A DNA stretch of 64,000 nucleotides from a virus. How positions within the stretch are numbered: the stretch's first letter is position 1; the number at the start of each line of letters is the position of its first letter. The notes beneath the pieces are model-generated. The model worked only from the letters and a program-made list of their open reading frames with translations, did not search any database and was not told where the DNA came from. Position numbers and translations under genes: made by a program. Location: positions 40,423 to 104,422 of the IMG/VR virus record IMGVR_UViG_3300011271_000002. One strand, given 5' to 3'. This document shows, in pieces, positions 54,158 to 64,000 of the stretch.

Positions 54158-54267
54158 AACCTGGGGCTCCGATTCTAACGGAACGCTGGACCGCTTCGCG
54201 TGTATACCCGCTAATCGTCACTGACGTCGGTTCGTAGCCGACCGCTCTCGCACTGAGCTACCCAGGC
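54158..54267 (-). tRNA. Atypical tRNA-Arg(ACG) or tRNA-like RNA with a 42-nt variable region
   Basis: Acceptor GCCTGGG/CCCAGGT; D-arm GCTC-AGTGCGA-GAGC; anticodon arm GTCGG-CTACGAA-CCGAC; T-arm TTCCG-TTAGAAT-CGGAG; no encoded CCA. Confidence 0.7.
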
Positions 54268-54276
54268 AGTATTATT

Positions 54277-54591
54277 CTACACCGTCGGGGCTGGCGCGGC
54301 CGGCGTGTTTGCGGCAACGGCGGCGGAAAGCTCGTTGTCGTTGGCGACTAAGCTAGCCCGAAGTTGTGCGAGTTTAACTGGATCTGTACCCGCAGCGGCT
54401 AGTTTAGCTGCTAACCCCTGAATCAGTGCCAATGCGGATTTTTCGACGCTAGTATTGCGTGTAACTTCCGCTGTTAGATCATCAAGTTCCTGTGACATTA
54501 GTTTCTCCTGTGCCTTAAAAGTTTCTATCAGTGTGGCCAACGATGTTTCTATTGCGTCCAGTCTCGAAAGCACCTGTCGCCGCCACCACAC
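54277..54591 (-). CDS. Small coiled-coil phage protein
   Basis: MSQELDDLTAEVTRNTSVEKSALALIQGLAAKL...AVAANTP, a common phage family. Confidence 0.75.
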   Translation of the reverse strand: MWWRRQVLSRLDAIETSLATLIETFKAQEKLMSQELDDLTAEVTRNTSVEKSALALIQGLAAKLAAAGTDPVKLAQLRASLVANDNELSAAVAANTPAAPAPTV

Positions 54592-54873
54592 GCCATCAAG
54601 GTTAGCATTGTAGTCAGCCCATGACCAGGGACGGCTCGTGCTCGACCTTCTTCGAAGCTACCGCAGAGCAAAGGACAATGAGCCGCGCATCGCAATCACT
54701 CTGGATGTATGTTTGGATCAAGCAAATGCGCGCGCCCGGTTATCGGCTGCCAACAAATCATGCAGTCGCCGAATACAAATTCTGTGCGCACGCAGCGATC
54801 TGTGGCCTTGACGGGCATAGCATCTGCCACCAGTATACGGTGAATTAGGACGATTTCGAGCTAGGGAAAATAC

Positions 54874-55509
54874 TCAGATTACCCGGAAGCACAGAACCCA
54901 TACCCAGCAGTTCTTCTCCCAGGGCATCGTCTTGCCGTTGATCTTATCCCAGATGTGCCGATAGCCCGCGCGATAGTTCGGCGGACCAGTCTCATCATGG
55001 CGCGAAAACAGACTCGCACCCTCAGCCTTCGCGTCTTCCTCCGTGATGTCGTGCAGTCGCTCGCCGCGGACTTCGGTAAGCTCCAGCCGCGTCCTGCAGG
55101 CCCAGCGTGGCATGAATATCGAGGGGCAGTAATCCTGTTTTCTTGTGGTGCGCCCAAGCATGGCCGTCTCGTCTTCTTTGGCGACCATCACGGGCTGATT
55201 GTCGGCGGCATAGAGCCACGGATCGCCGTCCGGCCGGATCAGCTTCTCACGCACCCACAAGCGGTCGCCGGTCCAGCCGTGCGGGCAGAAGAAGGGATTG
55301 CTCGAATAGCAGACCCCGTTGGTCTGCCAGTAATAAGCCTGGCTGGCTGCCGGAACATCCGTAGTGTAGGCGGCCACTTGGGACACCGGACGGCCCTTCG
55401 CGTTAGTCTGATCCGGCTGCGGCTTGATGATCCGGCGAGTCTCGGTCTTCAGCCCCTGGAGAATCAAGAGCGAGTTCTCTGGCGTGAATAATATGGGCGT
55501 TTCTTTCAT
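54874..55509 (-). CDS. ASCH-like domain protein
   Basis: MKETPILF...ILQGLKTETRRIIK, GDRLWVRE, PSIFMPRWACR, ERLHDITEEDAKAEG. Confidence 0.85.
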   Translation of the reverse strand: MKETPILFTPENSLLILQGLKTETRRIIKPQPDQTNAKGRPVSQVAAYTTDVPAASQAYYWQTNGVCYSSNPFFCPHGWTGDRLWVREKLIRPDGDPWLYAADNQPVMVAKEDETAMLGRTTRKQDYCPSIFMPRWACRTRLELTEVRGERLHDITEEDAKAEGASLFSRHDETGPPNYRAGYRHIWDKINGKTMPWEKNCWVWVLCFRVI

Positions 55510-55589
55510 TGGGCGCTTCGCTGATTGCTCAAAACGCAGATGACGATTAACGCTCTGATAATCAGGCTCATATGTCTGCACATCCCTAG

Positions 55590-58358
55590 TCATGTGATCA
55601 CCGCGATCTCTTGCGGAATAGGTTCAAGCGCTTCCACTTCCAATAAATCGAATAGCGTCGGCGTGGCGCGTTTTTGTTCCTCAGCCTCGCAGTACATGCA
55701 ATTGTCAAAATAGTAGCTTGTGGAAAGCTCGACACCGATGCCGTTACGCCCGAGCTTGACGGCGCGAGAGGGGACGCTCCCAATTCCGGCGAACGGATCA
55801 AAAACGGTTTCTCCGGGCATCGACATTTGCGCGATGACCCGATCAACCAAATCGATTTGCATCGCGCAAAGATGCTGCTCCTTGCCCTTCTGAACCTGCG
55901 AACTGTTGAGCGTTCGCATTCTGGTGATGTCCGTCCAAACATCCGGGTGCCAGGACTGCGGCTGCAAGAGCATGAACGTGACCGGCAGAATTCCCTTGGC
56001 TTCCAGTTCCTCGCCTAGCCGCACGTGTTGTTCAAAGTCGTAGACTTTTTCGAGAGAGTACTTACGAAAGACCTTGAAGATTTGAGCATGAGTCAGGCCG
56101 TTGAGATCCTCGGGCTGCAAGAGCCGATTGCCATTCGAGCGCATGTAGCCATGCGCGTCAATTTGCCAGCGCGATCGCGAATAGCCGGAACCAGATTGAA
56201 TCGGAAGATCACGGTTGAAGGGGACAATCTGCCCGCTATCGTCAATACACAACGGTTTGTTTTTCTCCACCGGCACGTCCGCGTAGCTGTTGATACTGTC
56301 AGTCGGAGGCTTGCGGAAGAACAGGAGATACTCTGGCAGCCCATAGCCCATTTTGCTCGCGTCCTTACACTGCTCGCTCCAACCCAGCCGATAGGTCTGA
56401 TTGTTCTCTCGGACCACATCTGTGACCACCGTCTTGATGCCGATCAGCCCGAAACCGTGTTTGGTGAAGTGCGTGATGGTATCGAGATGAAAGGGATAGA
56501 TGGTTTGAAAACCTAAGCCCGAAACACCGCCCGGTATCACCCGATCCTTAACGTGCATACAGGCGATCCGGCCTGGTCGAAGGACGCGGAACAATTGCGG
56601 GATTAGAAAGTCCATCTGCTGCCAGAAGTGTTCGTTGGAGTCGCTGTGTCCCATATCGAAATAGGACGGGCTGTACTCGTATTGATGGGAAAATGGCGGC
56701 GAGCTAAGAATCAGATCGACGGAGTTTTCCTCCATCTCGAACGCTTCCAAAACGCAGTCGTTGTTGACTATCCGGTGATTGGCGCCACTCGATTCTAGCC
56801 GCACGATGTCGATTGATCGTGTCAGCGCTGCTTTCAAGGCCTCACGCGCCAAACCGTATTCTCGAATGATCGCGCTCATTTTGACGCACTGCTGTTTGTA
56901 GCGCTCCCATTTATCCATGAGCGTGTCGAGCACGGCCTTTTCGCTTTCGGCGTAGATCAGATAGATCACAACGTCCCGCCCTTGCAAGAATCGATAGATC
57001 CTGTGAATCGCCTGAATCAACTGCCGGAACGAATAGCCGATGCCGCAGAATATTGCCCGCGCGCAGTGTCTCTGGAAATTACAGCCGGCGGAAAACATCT
57101 TTGGCTTCGCGGCGAGATACTGGATGCGCCCCTCTGCGAAATCGCTTAATGCACGTTCCAGTTGCTCGGTTCCGGTCCTGGACGCGCGTTGCATTCCGAA
57201 TACGTCCACCGCGGCCGGGATCAGCTTCTTGATTGCCCGCCGTTCATCTTCCAGATCATGCCACAGAATAAAATGCTCATTAGGCTCAGCGTCCACGATC
57301 CGCTTCATCTCTGCCAGCCGAATATCCAGAGTGTCCCGCTTCTCCGTCGCGGCCTCGCTCAGCCCATGCGCGGCATTGCGATACATTCGGCCCTGACCAT
57401 CGCGTTCTGGCCTGGCACCAGCATGATCTACCTTCAGCTCGTGGAATCTGATGTCCAGCGGCGGCTGCGTGTAGCCTTCATCCGAAAATCCTTCGCCAAG
57501 ATCCGATGGAGTTTGCAAAAATAGAGCCCAGGTTGAGAGCCACATAAACCATTCGCGCTCCTTATGCGGATGAATCGTAAGATGATCCGCCTTCGTACTG
57601 TCACGCTTAAAGAAGCGCGTCTTGCCGGCAGAAACATCGAGGATGCCGAGGAACGCAGCGAAGGCCAGAAGCTCAATATATTCGTTCGGGTCAGGCGTTG
57701 CGGTCGCCACAAAACGATACTTCACGCATTCGAACTCACGCATGAATTCCCGGAAGGTCTTAACGCCGCCAAATCCGGCAAGGATGTCGCACTCATCAAG
57801 CGATGCCGTAGCGAAATGCTTCGTAGAAAGCTTGCCGTCCCGCACGCTCTCGTAATTGGTCAAGTAGATGCCGTCGCCACCAACTTCGGCATCTGTCCTG
57901 ATAAATTTAACCGTGATGCCGAGCTCAAGCGCTTCGCTTTCGAATTCCTGCCTGACTCCGAGAGGCATCACTTGTAATGCGCGGCCGCCTGTGCGCGTGA
58001 GGATCAATCGGAGGACTTCGAGTTGCTGTCTCGTTTTGCCCGCACCGAAAAATTCAAAGAGCGCACGGCGCCCGCCTCTCACCATCCAGCGCACACCGAC
58101 CCGTTGATGCGGTTTCAATGATGGATGGATCTCTGAATCGTCAACCTCAAACCCAAAATCATCCGAGAGAAGCACCTTGTCGTGAATGAATTTGCGATAG
58201 GCTTCCAGGCTGTAATCGGTATTGCCTTCGTCTGGCGCGTGAGCACGGGAACACTTCGCTCGATGCCCACGATGCAATTTGCATTCCGGGCAGATAGCCC
58301 CGGTGAGCATGTGTTTGGTAGCTGGCTGGCGTTTAGATAGTTCTGGTACGGAATTCAT
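55590..58358 (-). CDS. SF2/SNF2-like helicase fused to an N4/N6 DNA methyltransferase
   Basis: GAGKT, SLDE, TATPDPN, QAIHRIYRF; MTase motif IV SPPF precedes motif I FDPFAGIGS (beta order). Confidence 0.9.
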   Translation of the reverse strand: MNSVPELSKRQPATKHMLTGAICPECKLHRGHRAKCSRAHAPDEGNTDYSLEAYRKFIHDKVLLSDDFGFEVDDSEIHPSLKPHQRVGVRWMVRGGRRALFEFFGAGKTRQQLEVLRLILTRTGGRALQVMPLGVRQEFESEALELGITVKFIRTDAEVGGDGIYLTNYESVRDGKLSTKHFATASLDECDILAGFGGVKTFREFMREFECVKYRFVATATPDPNEYIELLAFAAFLGILDVSAGKTRFFKRDSTKADHLTIHPHKEREWFMWLSTWALFLQTPSDLGEGFSDEGYTQPPLDIRFHELKVDHAGARPERDGQGRMYRNAAHGLSEAATEKRDTLDIRLAEMKRIVDAEPNEHFILWHDLEDERRAIKKLIPAAVDVFGMQRASRTGTEQLERALSDFAEGRIQYLAAKPKMFSAGCNFQRHCARAIFCGIGYSFRQLIQAIHRIYRFLQGRDVVIYLIYAESEKAVLDTLMDKWERYKQQCVKMSAIIREYGLAREALKAALTRSIDIVRLESSGANHRIVNNDCVLEAFEMEENSVDLILSSPPFSHQYEYSPSYFDMGHSDSNEHFWQQMDFLIPQLFRVLRPGRIACMHVKDRVIPGGVSGLGFQTIYPFHLDTITHFTKHGFGLIGIKTVVTDVVRENNQTYRLGWSEQCKDASKMGYGLPEYLLFFRKPPTDSINSYADVPVEKNKPLCIDDSGQIVPFNRDLPIQSGSGYSRSRWQIDAHGYMRSNGNRLLQPEDLNGLTHAQIFKVFRKYSLEKVYDFEQHVRLGEELEAKGILPVTFMLLQPQSWHPDVWTDITRMRTLNSSQVQKGKEQHLCAMQIDLVDRVIAQMSMPGETVFDPFAGIGSVPSRAVKLGRNGIGVELSTSYYFDNCMYCEAEEQKRATPTLFDLLEVEALEPIPQEIAVIT

Positions 58359-58559
58359 CTTCGGTTCACCCTCACTGATTATAGTGGCCCTAGAGATCCG
58401 CCACAAGCTTGATCTCGCACCTGGTCTTGCTGCCCGGTTTCGGCACGTCCTTCGCTTCGACATCGGTGAACCAGGTAACCTCGATACCGCGCACCCACAC
58501 GCCCTGCTTCTGGAGCTGCTCGAGAACGTCGATGATGGTGGCCTTGCCTTCGGTGACGG

Positions 58560-58847
58560 TCAAAATCGGTCCTGTAGATCGTCAACAATTTCCTTCACCA
58601 TCGCGGCGGCGTCCGTTCTCATGGTTTCGAATAACAGATAAGCGGCGCGGCAAACCGCGAGCGGTAGCCGTGATGCGATGGCTGGCGTCGCGGATGATCT
58701 GGTGATGGCGGTCACCCGGCGAAGGATGGCGGTGTGTTCAGCGCGAAGTGTATGCGCCTCTATCGCCGTTTCGATAGCGGCGATCCTTTCCGTAGTGCTG
58801 ACACGTTTCTCGCCGAAGTGATCTGGATATCCGCAGGCGTCACACAT
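58560..58847 (-). CDS. Hypothetical protein
   Basis: Coupled small ORF. Confidence 0.5.
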   Translation of the reverse strand: MCDACGYPDHFGEKRVSTTERIAAIETAIEAHTLRAEHTAILRRVTAITRSSATPAIASRLPLAVCRAAYLLFETMRTDAAAMVKEIVDDLQDRF

Positions 58848-59048
58848 TTCGCCTACCTGCCGCCATATGTTTCAGTTCCTCGCGGAGTCCCGCCAGCCCC
58901 TCGGTAACTCTCTGCAAGGCAATCGAGCAGGACGAAGTCGTTATGGTGGCTAGCGAGATGGCTTTGGCGAATCGCCTCAACTTCTGCTTTTCGGTTTCCT
59001 TGTAACTTTCCTTTCGATAGCGCAGACGCTTTCCATTCGGCATTTGGT

Positions 59049-59621
59049 TCACTTCCCTTCAAGAACGGCTTTCTCTATCAATGGCCACTCTTCGAGATGA
59101 TGCGCTAGATACTCGCCACCGTCATATCCTCGGATGGATGCTGTGTTTCCATCGAACAATTTTCTATAAAACGGCAGTCTTTGTTCTGGGGTTAGAGCTT
59201 TCCAGCAACTATCGCACAGCGGGAAGCACCCGCTACTCTCGGTGTAGTTTGTGGCGTGGCCCTTGACCCATTTCCAGGATCGATTGCAACGGCCGCATCG
59301 ACCGAATACCTGATCCGGAATACCTGGATGAAGATCGCGAACATCTTCCCCTTTTGGCGGCTTGCCCAGCGGAACGCCCAAGGCCTGATAGTACAAGCGA
59401 TCCTCAACCCACACGCCAGCTATGAGACTAAAGGAGCCATTGGAAACGTTTTCCGGAATGTGCCGACCAGTATCGGGTAGCTGTGGATGTCGGCGATCGC
59501 GGTCGATCAAATCGCGTATCTCGATAAGCTGCTTTTGTTCCGGAGAACTGTTGCATCCGAAGACGCCAAGAATGGATGCCCACGATAAAAACATTTTCGG
59601 TTTAGACATTTTTCGGTTCAC
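59049..59621 (-). CDS. Hypothetical protein with Cys motifs
   Basis: CGRC..W, GCFPLCDSCW..LTPEQRLPFYR. Confidence 0.65.
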   Translation of the reverse strand: MNRKMSKPKMFLSWASILGVFGCNSSPEQKQLIEIRDLIDRDRRHPQLPDTGRHIPENVSNGSFSLIAGVWVEDRLYYQALGVPLGKPPKGEDVRDLHPGIPDQVFGRCGRCNRSWKWVKGHATNYTESSGCFPLCDSCWKALTPEQRLPFYRKLFDGNTASIRGYDGGEYLAHHLEEWPLIEKAVLEGK

Positions 59622-59749
59622 CCTTTAGGGACGCGGCCCGGTCTGCAATTCCGAGCCGCGCATGACCCCAACACTCATTCGCCGCGATGACGGCCCACCC
59701 AGCAACCAGGATGGCTGCCTATCCCGGCCCTTGTAAGCCGGAAATATCG

Positions 59750-60667
59750 TTACGCCGCCGGCGGAGCCGCTATCGCTAGGGCCAGAATCTGATCGACAAC
59801 TCGAACCACGTGTTGCAGGTTGTGATCTTGCGCCGCCGTCATGCCGCCGCCCGCGCTAATGCCGGCCGCTGGCGAACTCGGTGCCGCCATATCCGTGCGG
59901 TGCACCACGAAGCCCTGGCCGCTCATGAACGCGTTTGAATCCGTCAGGAATTCCTCGCCCGCCTTCAGACGCCGCTGCGGTATCGGCAATTGCGGATGGA
60001 CAGGCCCTGTCTCGCCGGTGTCCGGCCAGTCGAACGCAATCACCGGCTCCTGGTTGGTATCCGCCTGTAAAACCCAATGATAAGGCACGCCGATACCACG
60101 GGAGTTTATCTGATTTATTTTGCGCCCGGCGACCAATTGGAGCATTGGCGAGTAGTTGATTTCCCACACCTTTCGCAATTCGTCAGGGGGATACAGATAC
60201 TGGAATGGTTGGTTCGCGGTGTTCTCTTGAACGTCGTCTTTGGTGCGTCCCAGCTCAATCGCCAGCGCTACGGCTTGTTCCTTGGTGCTTAGATCCAGCG
60301 GATCTACCGGCCAGCCTCCGAGCGTTGCATGCGTAGGCGCGGGCGCGTAGGGCGGATAGTGATGGGCCCCAGTCAGATTCACCTTCGCCGCTTGACCGGC
60401 CGTCATGTTCATGGCGACTTCGTGAACCTTGCCGTCCGTTCCCAGCTTGTAATAGATGTATTGCGCTGGCGAGCTCGTATCGGCGCCGGCGAAACTATCG
60501 TCCTTCCATTTCTTGATTGGCAACGTCTTGTCGAAGTCCGGCGCCTGTTCGCCGAAACGAGCTTCATAGGCGGCGCGATCCAGTGATTCGGTGAATAGAT
60601 CGAGCAGGCCAGCGCCGTAAACGGGCTGATTTGGTTGCGGCTGCTCGGTCGGTAGAGATTGATTCAT
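59750..60667 (-). CDS. Pro-rich hypothetical protein (305 aa)
   Basis: SD GAGGA; strong coding character. Confidence 0.75.
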   Translation of the reverse strand: MNQSLPTEQPQPNQPVYGAGLLDLFTESLDRAAYEARFGEQAPDFDKTLPIKKWKDDSFAGADTSSPAQYIYYKLGTDGKVHEVAMNMTAGQAAKVNLTGAHHYPPYAPAPTHATLGGWPVDPLDLSTKEQAVALAIELGRTKDDVQENTANQPFQYLYPPDELRKVWEINYSPMLQLVAGRKINQINSRGIGVPYHWVLQADTNQEPVIAFDWPDTGETGPVHPQLPIPQRRLKAGEEFLTDSNAFMSGQGFVVHRTDMAAPSSPAAGISAGGGMTAAQDHNLQHVVRVVDQILALAIAAPPAA

Positions 60668-60726
60668 ATTTTATTTATCCTCTCGGGTTGATTGCTGTTA
60701 CGGTTGAGACCGGAACGCCGGTCAAA

Positions 60727-61230
60727 TTATTTCCCTGCTTGACTTTGCGCCGGACAGGCCTCATCGACCGATCTGGTCGATTGCACCTGAACCGCCAGAA
60801 GATGACCGCGGCCCATATTTACAAAATGGTGCCCGAGCCCGGTCTGCCTTTCGAGCGGCGTTAGCGAGTAGGTCACCGCGAATGGTCTTTCATCGCCTTC
60901 ACTGTTTCTGCCGCCGTCCATAAGGTGAGCCGTGACGGTGATGCTTTCGATACACAATGGATGGCCCATCACTTCTGGCGTGCTGAGTGCAAATATGTTC
61001 TGCGGCGGATTGAATTGCCGGTCCCAGTGAACATCGCCGAATTTTAAGTGATCCAGTTTGTTGGGCACGGACACATAGGGGGCGGTTGGGACCGTGGCGG
61101 TCTGCTTTCGATGCGGGCCGCAGTCGTTAAGGAAAAGGGAGCATATGATGATAAACAGCACGCTCAAAAATCCGAAGACGCATGTGACCACAAAGCTATC
61201 CTTCATGCCTTGAACTGTTTCTTTTGTCAT
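60727..61230 (-). CDS. Membrane-anchored hypothetical protein
   Basis: N-terminal TM helix. Confidence 0.6.
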   Translation of the reverse strand: MTKETVQGMKDSFVVTCVFGFLSVLFIIICSLFLNDCGPHRKQTATVPTAPYVSVPNKLDHLKFGDVHWDRQFNPPQNIFALSTPEVMGHPLCIESITVTAHLMDGGRNSEGDERPFAVTYSLTPLERQTGLGHHFVNMGRGHLLAVQVQSTRSVDEACPAQSQAGK

Positions 61231-61248
61231 CTTAAATTTCCTTTCAAA

Positions 61249-61653
61249 TCACGGATGCGCCGGGGCGGAAGCCGCTTGCGGTCCTAGTATAAAGTTACCC
61301 ACGCTCACGGCGTCCACCTTGGTCTTCAACGCCTGCTCCAGCGACTTTTGCTTGGCGACCGCGGCGCGGACCTGCGCTTGCGAACTGCTCAGTCCAGCCA
61401 GCGCTTCCGCAGCCTTCGCGCGAAGCTCGGTCAATTGCTTGGCATGAGCTGCGTTCAGGGAGCGCTGGGCGTCAACTGTTTTCCACAGGTCCGAGATCGC
61501 CGTCTCGTGGCTGGCGCCGGCCGCCTTGATATTCCGTAGTTCGCCGACTAGGGCCCAACACAAACCGGTGAGTAGCAGAACCCACAGGGCGATTACGCCG
61601 ATCGCCAGATGACTGCCGGCGAAGTTGACCTTGAATCCTTTAACGAGTAGCAC
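61249..61653 (-). CDS. TM plus coiled-coil protein (spanin-like architecture)
   Basis: N-terminal TM followed by an Ala/Lys/Gln coiled coil. Confidence 0.5.
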   Translation of the reverse strand: MLLVKGFKVNFAGSHLAIGVIALWVLLLTGLCWALVGELRNIKAAGASHETAISDLWKTVDAQRSLNAAHAKQLTELRAKAAEALAGLSSSQAQVRAAVAKQKSLEQALKTKVDAVSVGNFILGPQAASAPAHP

Positions 61654-62470
61654 TGGCGATCTCCTCTACTGGAGCATCCGGAAGATAAACACCGACGTAT
61701 CCTTGCGCCTTCAATTGCTCCACGGTATAGGAAGCGGTCGCCTGAGGCTCACCGATGACCTTGCCCTTGAGCCACTGTCTTTGGCGCTGAATGGCGTGAT
61801 CGGACGTCTCGTTAAGACCGACCGCAATGTATCTCTCGTCAGGATGATGATTTGTCAGCCACTTCATTATTTCCCTCCAACCATTTCCTCTATCAATACC
61901 GGCATCTCGAAACCTGGGCAATCGCATCCCGGCACAGAACACTTCCCGCCGCAGAACGCATGGCCATTCAATTCATGATGGCATCCTGAGCGAACGCAGA
62001 GGAGTTCCTGTTCGGCGTAAAACTCGCGGGGCGAGGCGCTGGTCTTTGGTCATCGACCCACTCTCCGTCGCCGCGCCCGCTTGCTCATGGGCGGGATTGG
62101 GCAATTCTTCAATTCGTGCGGCCCATAACACCGTACGCATTTGTTCTCCTCGTCCGCAGTCCCAAGAATATGCGCCACGCGCTCATCGAATGCGTTGGCC
62201 AACTTCGCGGCACGCTCGTCTTGGCGGCGTTGGGACTCAGTATAGGGACAGTGATGGCGGGGTCGGTTCATGCGCCTCTTTGCGTTAACGCGATACGGCG
62301 ATGGTCGTCTAGTGTCTGCTTTAGGCGATCAAGCCATTGATTCATAAATTCCTGCTGGGAACGGCAGCAGTCCGCATAGGAAGTCGCCGCCTGTTCCATT
62401 TGATCCGCCGCGTTTTTGATGTTCCTGCCGGCGTTTCCAACTTCTTCACTACCAATCAAAATTATGTTGT

Positions 62471-63754
62471 TCATCGCCATATCCTATGAGTGCCTTGCGG
62501 CGTTTGAATGTGGCACCATCTCGATCCCAGCGCCGGACAATCCCGCCGGATTTCCTCTGTGTACACATTCCCGCCTTCAGCCCAACGCACTACCTTAACT
62601 TCCTGCTCAATGATCCCGCCAATGTGGGACCGCATGAATTCTCTGATGTCGCGCAAACGAGAACCGACATGCCGTGTCGCCCACGCGTGGCCGAATTTGT
62701 AGCCAAGATGCCGCGAACCTCCGTGACTGTTAAAATGCCAAGCGCCTGACAATAGGCTTAGAAGCATTTTATGGTGCCAGAAATCGTAGATCCGAAAATC
62801 ATCGGAATCGAATGCCCGAAGCCAAAACACCGTCCAAGCGGACGGCGCAACCATCGGAATATGCATATCGCTATAGCTGCCGCTAATGCAGCCGTTGAAA
62901 GCCAGCGAGAAGCCCTCTTTGATCAGCGCTAAATCGTCAGCGTCGAATCGCTCCAGATCCTGCCGCCTGCGTCTAATGCGCTTCGTGAAGTTCTTGCCGC
63001 GAAGACCGTTGACGTAAATGCCGGGGTTGGCCGGCCTCCAGTAATAATCGTTTCCGCGCACCCCGCGCCTATCAACCTCGATAACCTGAGCGCGACCATA
63101 TTTTGTGTGGTCGGTATCAAGCACCAAGGCGCATGGCGCGGGATAGCGCGTGCTCTTGGAGCGAAGCTCAAACACTCGACCTGCTGCCAATTGGGAACGC
63201 CAGGAAGAGCGGCTCATCGGAACAGTCCCAACCAAGAGGCCCGCGAGCCAATCATCTTCTCCAGTTGCGGGCTCGGATATCCCAAGAACGGTTAGAGCCT
63301 TTGAGATCTCCTGGTGGTAAGGCTCCCACGCTCGTGCTGAGTCGTATTTACCGTTGTCGCTCAGATCGGTGAAAGTACAAGCCGGAAACATTTCATTGGG
63401 CACTAGAAGCCGACAGACGATAGGACGTTCGCCATGCGACAGCGTGCAGCCAGAGGCCCCAAGGAAAATGCAGCGACCGCCATAACTATAGTCAATGACG
63501 GTCTTGCTCTTTGTGGTGGCTGGCCGAATAAATTGGCCACCACCTTCACCTTCCCAGCCATCCCAACGATCAACACTCCACTTCCCGGACCCGAGCAACT
63601 GGACAATACCGGACAGTAGTTTATCTCTGTCCGGTGCGCCGAATTGCTCTGGCCACGCTGCGCCAGGAAGATCCTGACAGCATCGACCAGCGCATCGCCC
63701 GCAGAGTGCATTGTTGGTGTAGTTCTTTGCAGCTAGAATATTAAAGGCTTCCAT
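62471..63754 (-). CDS. YkgJ-like Cys-cluster domain fused to an unknown domain
   Basis: CGRCAGRCC, CIFLGASGCTL...RPIVCR. Confidence 0.7.
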   Translation of the reverse strand: MEAFNILAAKNYTNNALCGRCAGRCCQDLPGAAWPEQFGAPDRDKLLSGIVQLLGSGKWSVDRWDGWEGEGGGQFIRPATTKSKTVIDYSYGGRCIFLGASGCTLSHGERPIVCRLLVPNEMFPACTFTDLSDNGKYDSARAWEPYHQEISKALTVLGISEPATGEDDWLAGLLVGTVPMSRSSWRSQLAAGRVFELRSKSTRYPAPCALVLDTDHTKYGRAQVIEVDRRGVRGNDYYWRPANPGIYVNGLRGKNFTKRIRRRRQDLERFDADDLALIKEGFSLAFNGCISGSYSDMHIPMVAPSAWTVFWLRAFDSDDFRIYDFWHHKMLLSLLSGAWHFNSHGGSRHLGYKFGHAWATRHVGSRLRDIREFMRSHIGGIIEQEVKVVRWAEGGNVYTEEIRRDCPALGSRWCHIQTPQGTHRIWR

Positions 63755-63763
63755 GCAAGACTC

Positions 63764-63958
63764 CTACGCCGCCTCTTCCGCCTTCGGCTTGTTCTTGCTA
63801 CCAGGCGGACGGCCCGGGCCCCGATGCTTGCTCATCCAATTCGGCGGACGGCCCCGGCGCTTAGTGGATCCGGCAGCATAGAGCCGCCCCGCCTCGATAA
63901 ACAGGTCGAGCCTGCGTCTTTGTTCCTCTGCCTCAGCGAGGATCTTATTGATGTTCAT
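63764..63958 (-). CDS. Small coiled-coil plus AT-hook DNA-binding protein
   Basis: KRRGRPPNWM and RGPGRPPGSKNK. Confidence 0.75.
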   Translation of the reverse strand: MNINKILAEAEEQRRRLDLFIEAGRLYAAGSTKRRGRPPNWMSKHRGPGRPPGSKNKPKAEEAA

Positions 63959-64000
63959 TATGGTTCACCCTTTCTGATTTTACTGACTTACGCTCATATC

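Noticed and set aside
1-64000. Stop-codon reassignment
   Set aside because: Recognisable genes are full length in the standard code and end in TAA, TAG and TGA.

Overview
This window is a 64 kb segment of a tailed dsDNA phage or prophage (siphovirus-type tail). Almost all genes lie on the minus strand. The host is probably an Acidobacterium, which is an inference from recalled protein families. From left to right it contains six blocks. (i) A non-contractile tail module (tail tip, NlpC/P60-like protein, hub, distal tail, tape measure, HK97-gp10-like protein, two chaperones, tail tube, terminator), interrupted by an RHH-led moron and an antisense HNH gene. (ii) A translationally coupled peptide / 7TM / glycosyltransferase / methyltransferase / glycosyltransferase cassette that leads directly into the tail genes. 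(iii) A recombination and early region (RusA-like, DUF1643, NUMOD4-HNH, HerA-like ATPase, YqaJ exonuclease plus partner, Mom-like enzyme, Rad50/SMC-like ATPase). (iv) A 10 kb run of nine consecutive genes that all start with Sec-type signal peptides yet are built largely from phage tail-fibre-like modules; this is the most unusual block. (v) A replication region with an HTH initiator, DnaA box, 10-bp repeats, a candidate antisense RNA and an RHH repressor. (vi) Membrane and holin-like genes, two paralogous HNH-like genes, an aberrant tRNA-Arg with a 42-nt variable arm, an ASCH-like protein, a helicase-DNA methyltransferase fusion and an AT-hook protein. I recognised no terminase, portal, capsid, integrase, endolysin, reverse transcriptase or CRISPR array. 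All annotations come from reading motifs by eye; no database search was run.
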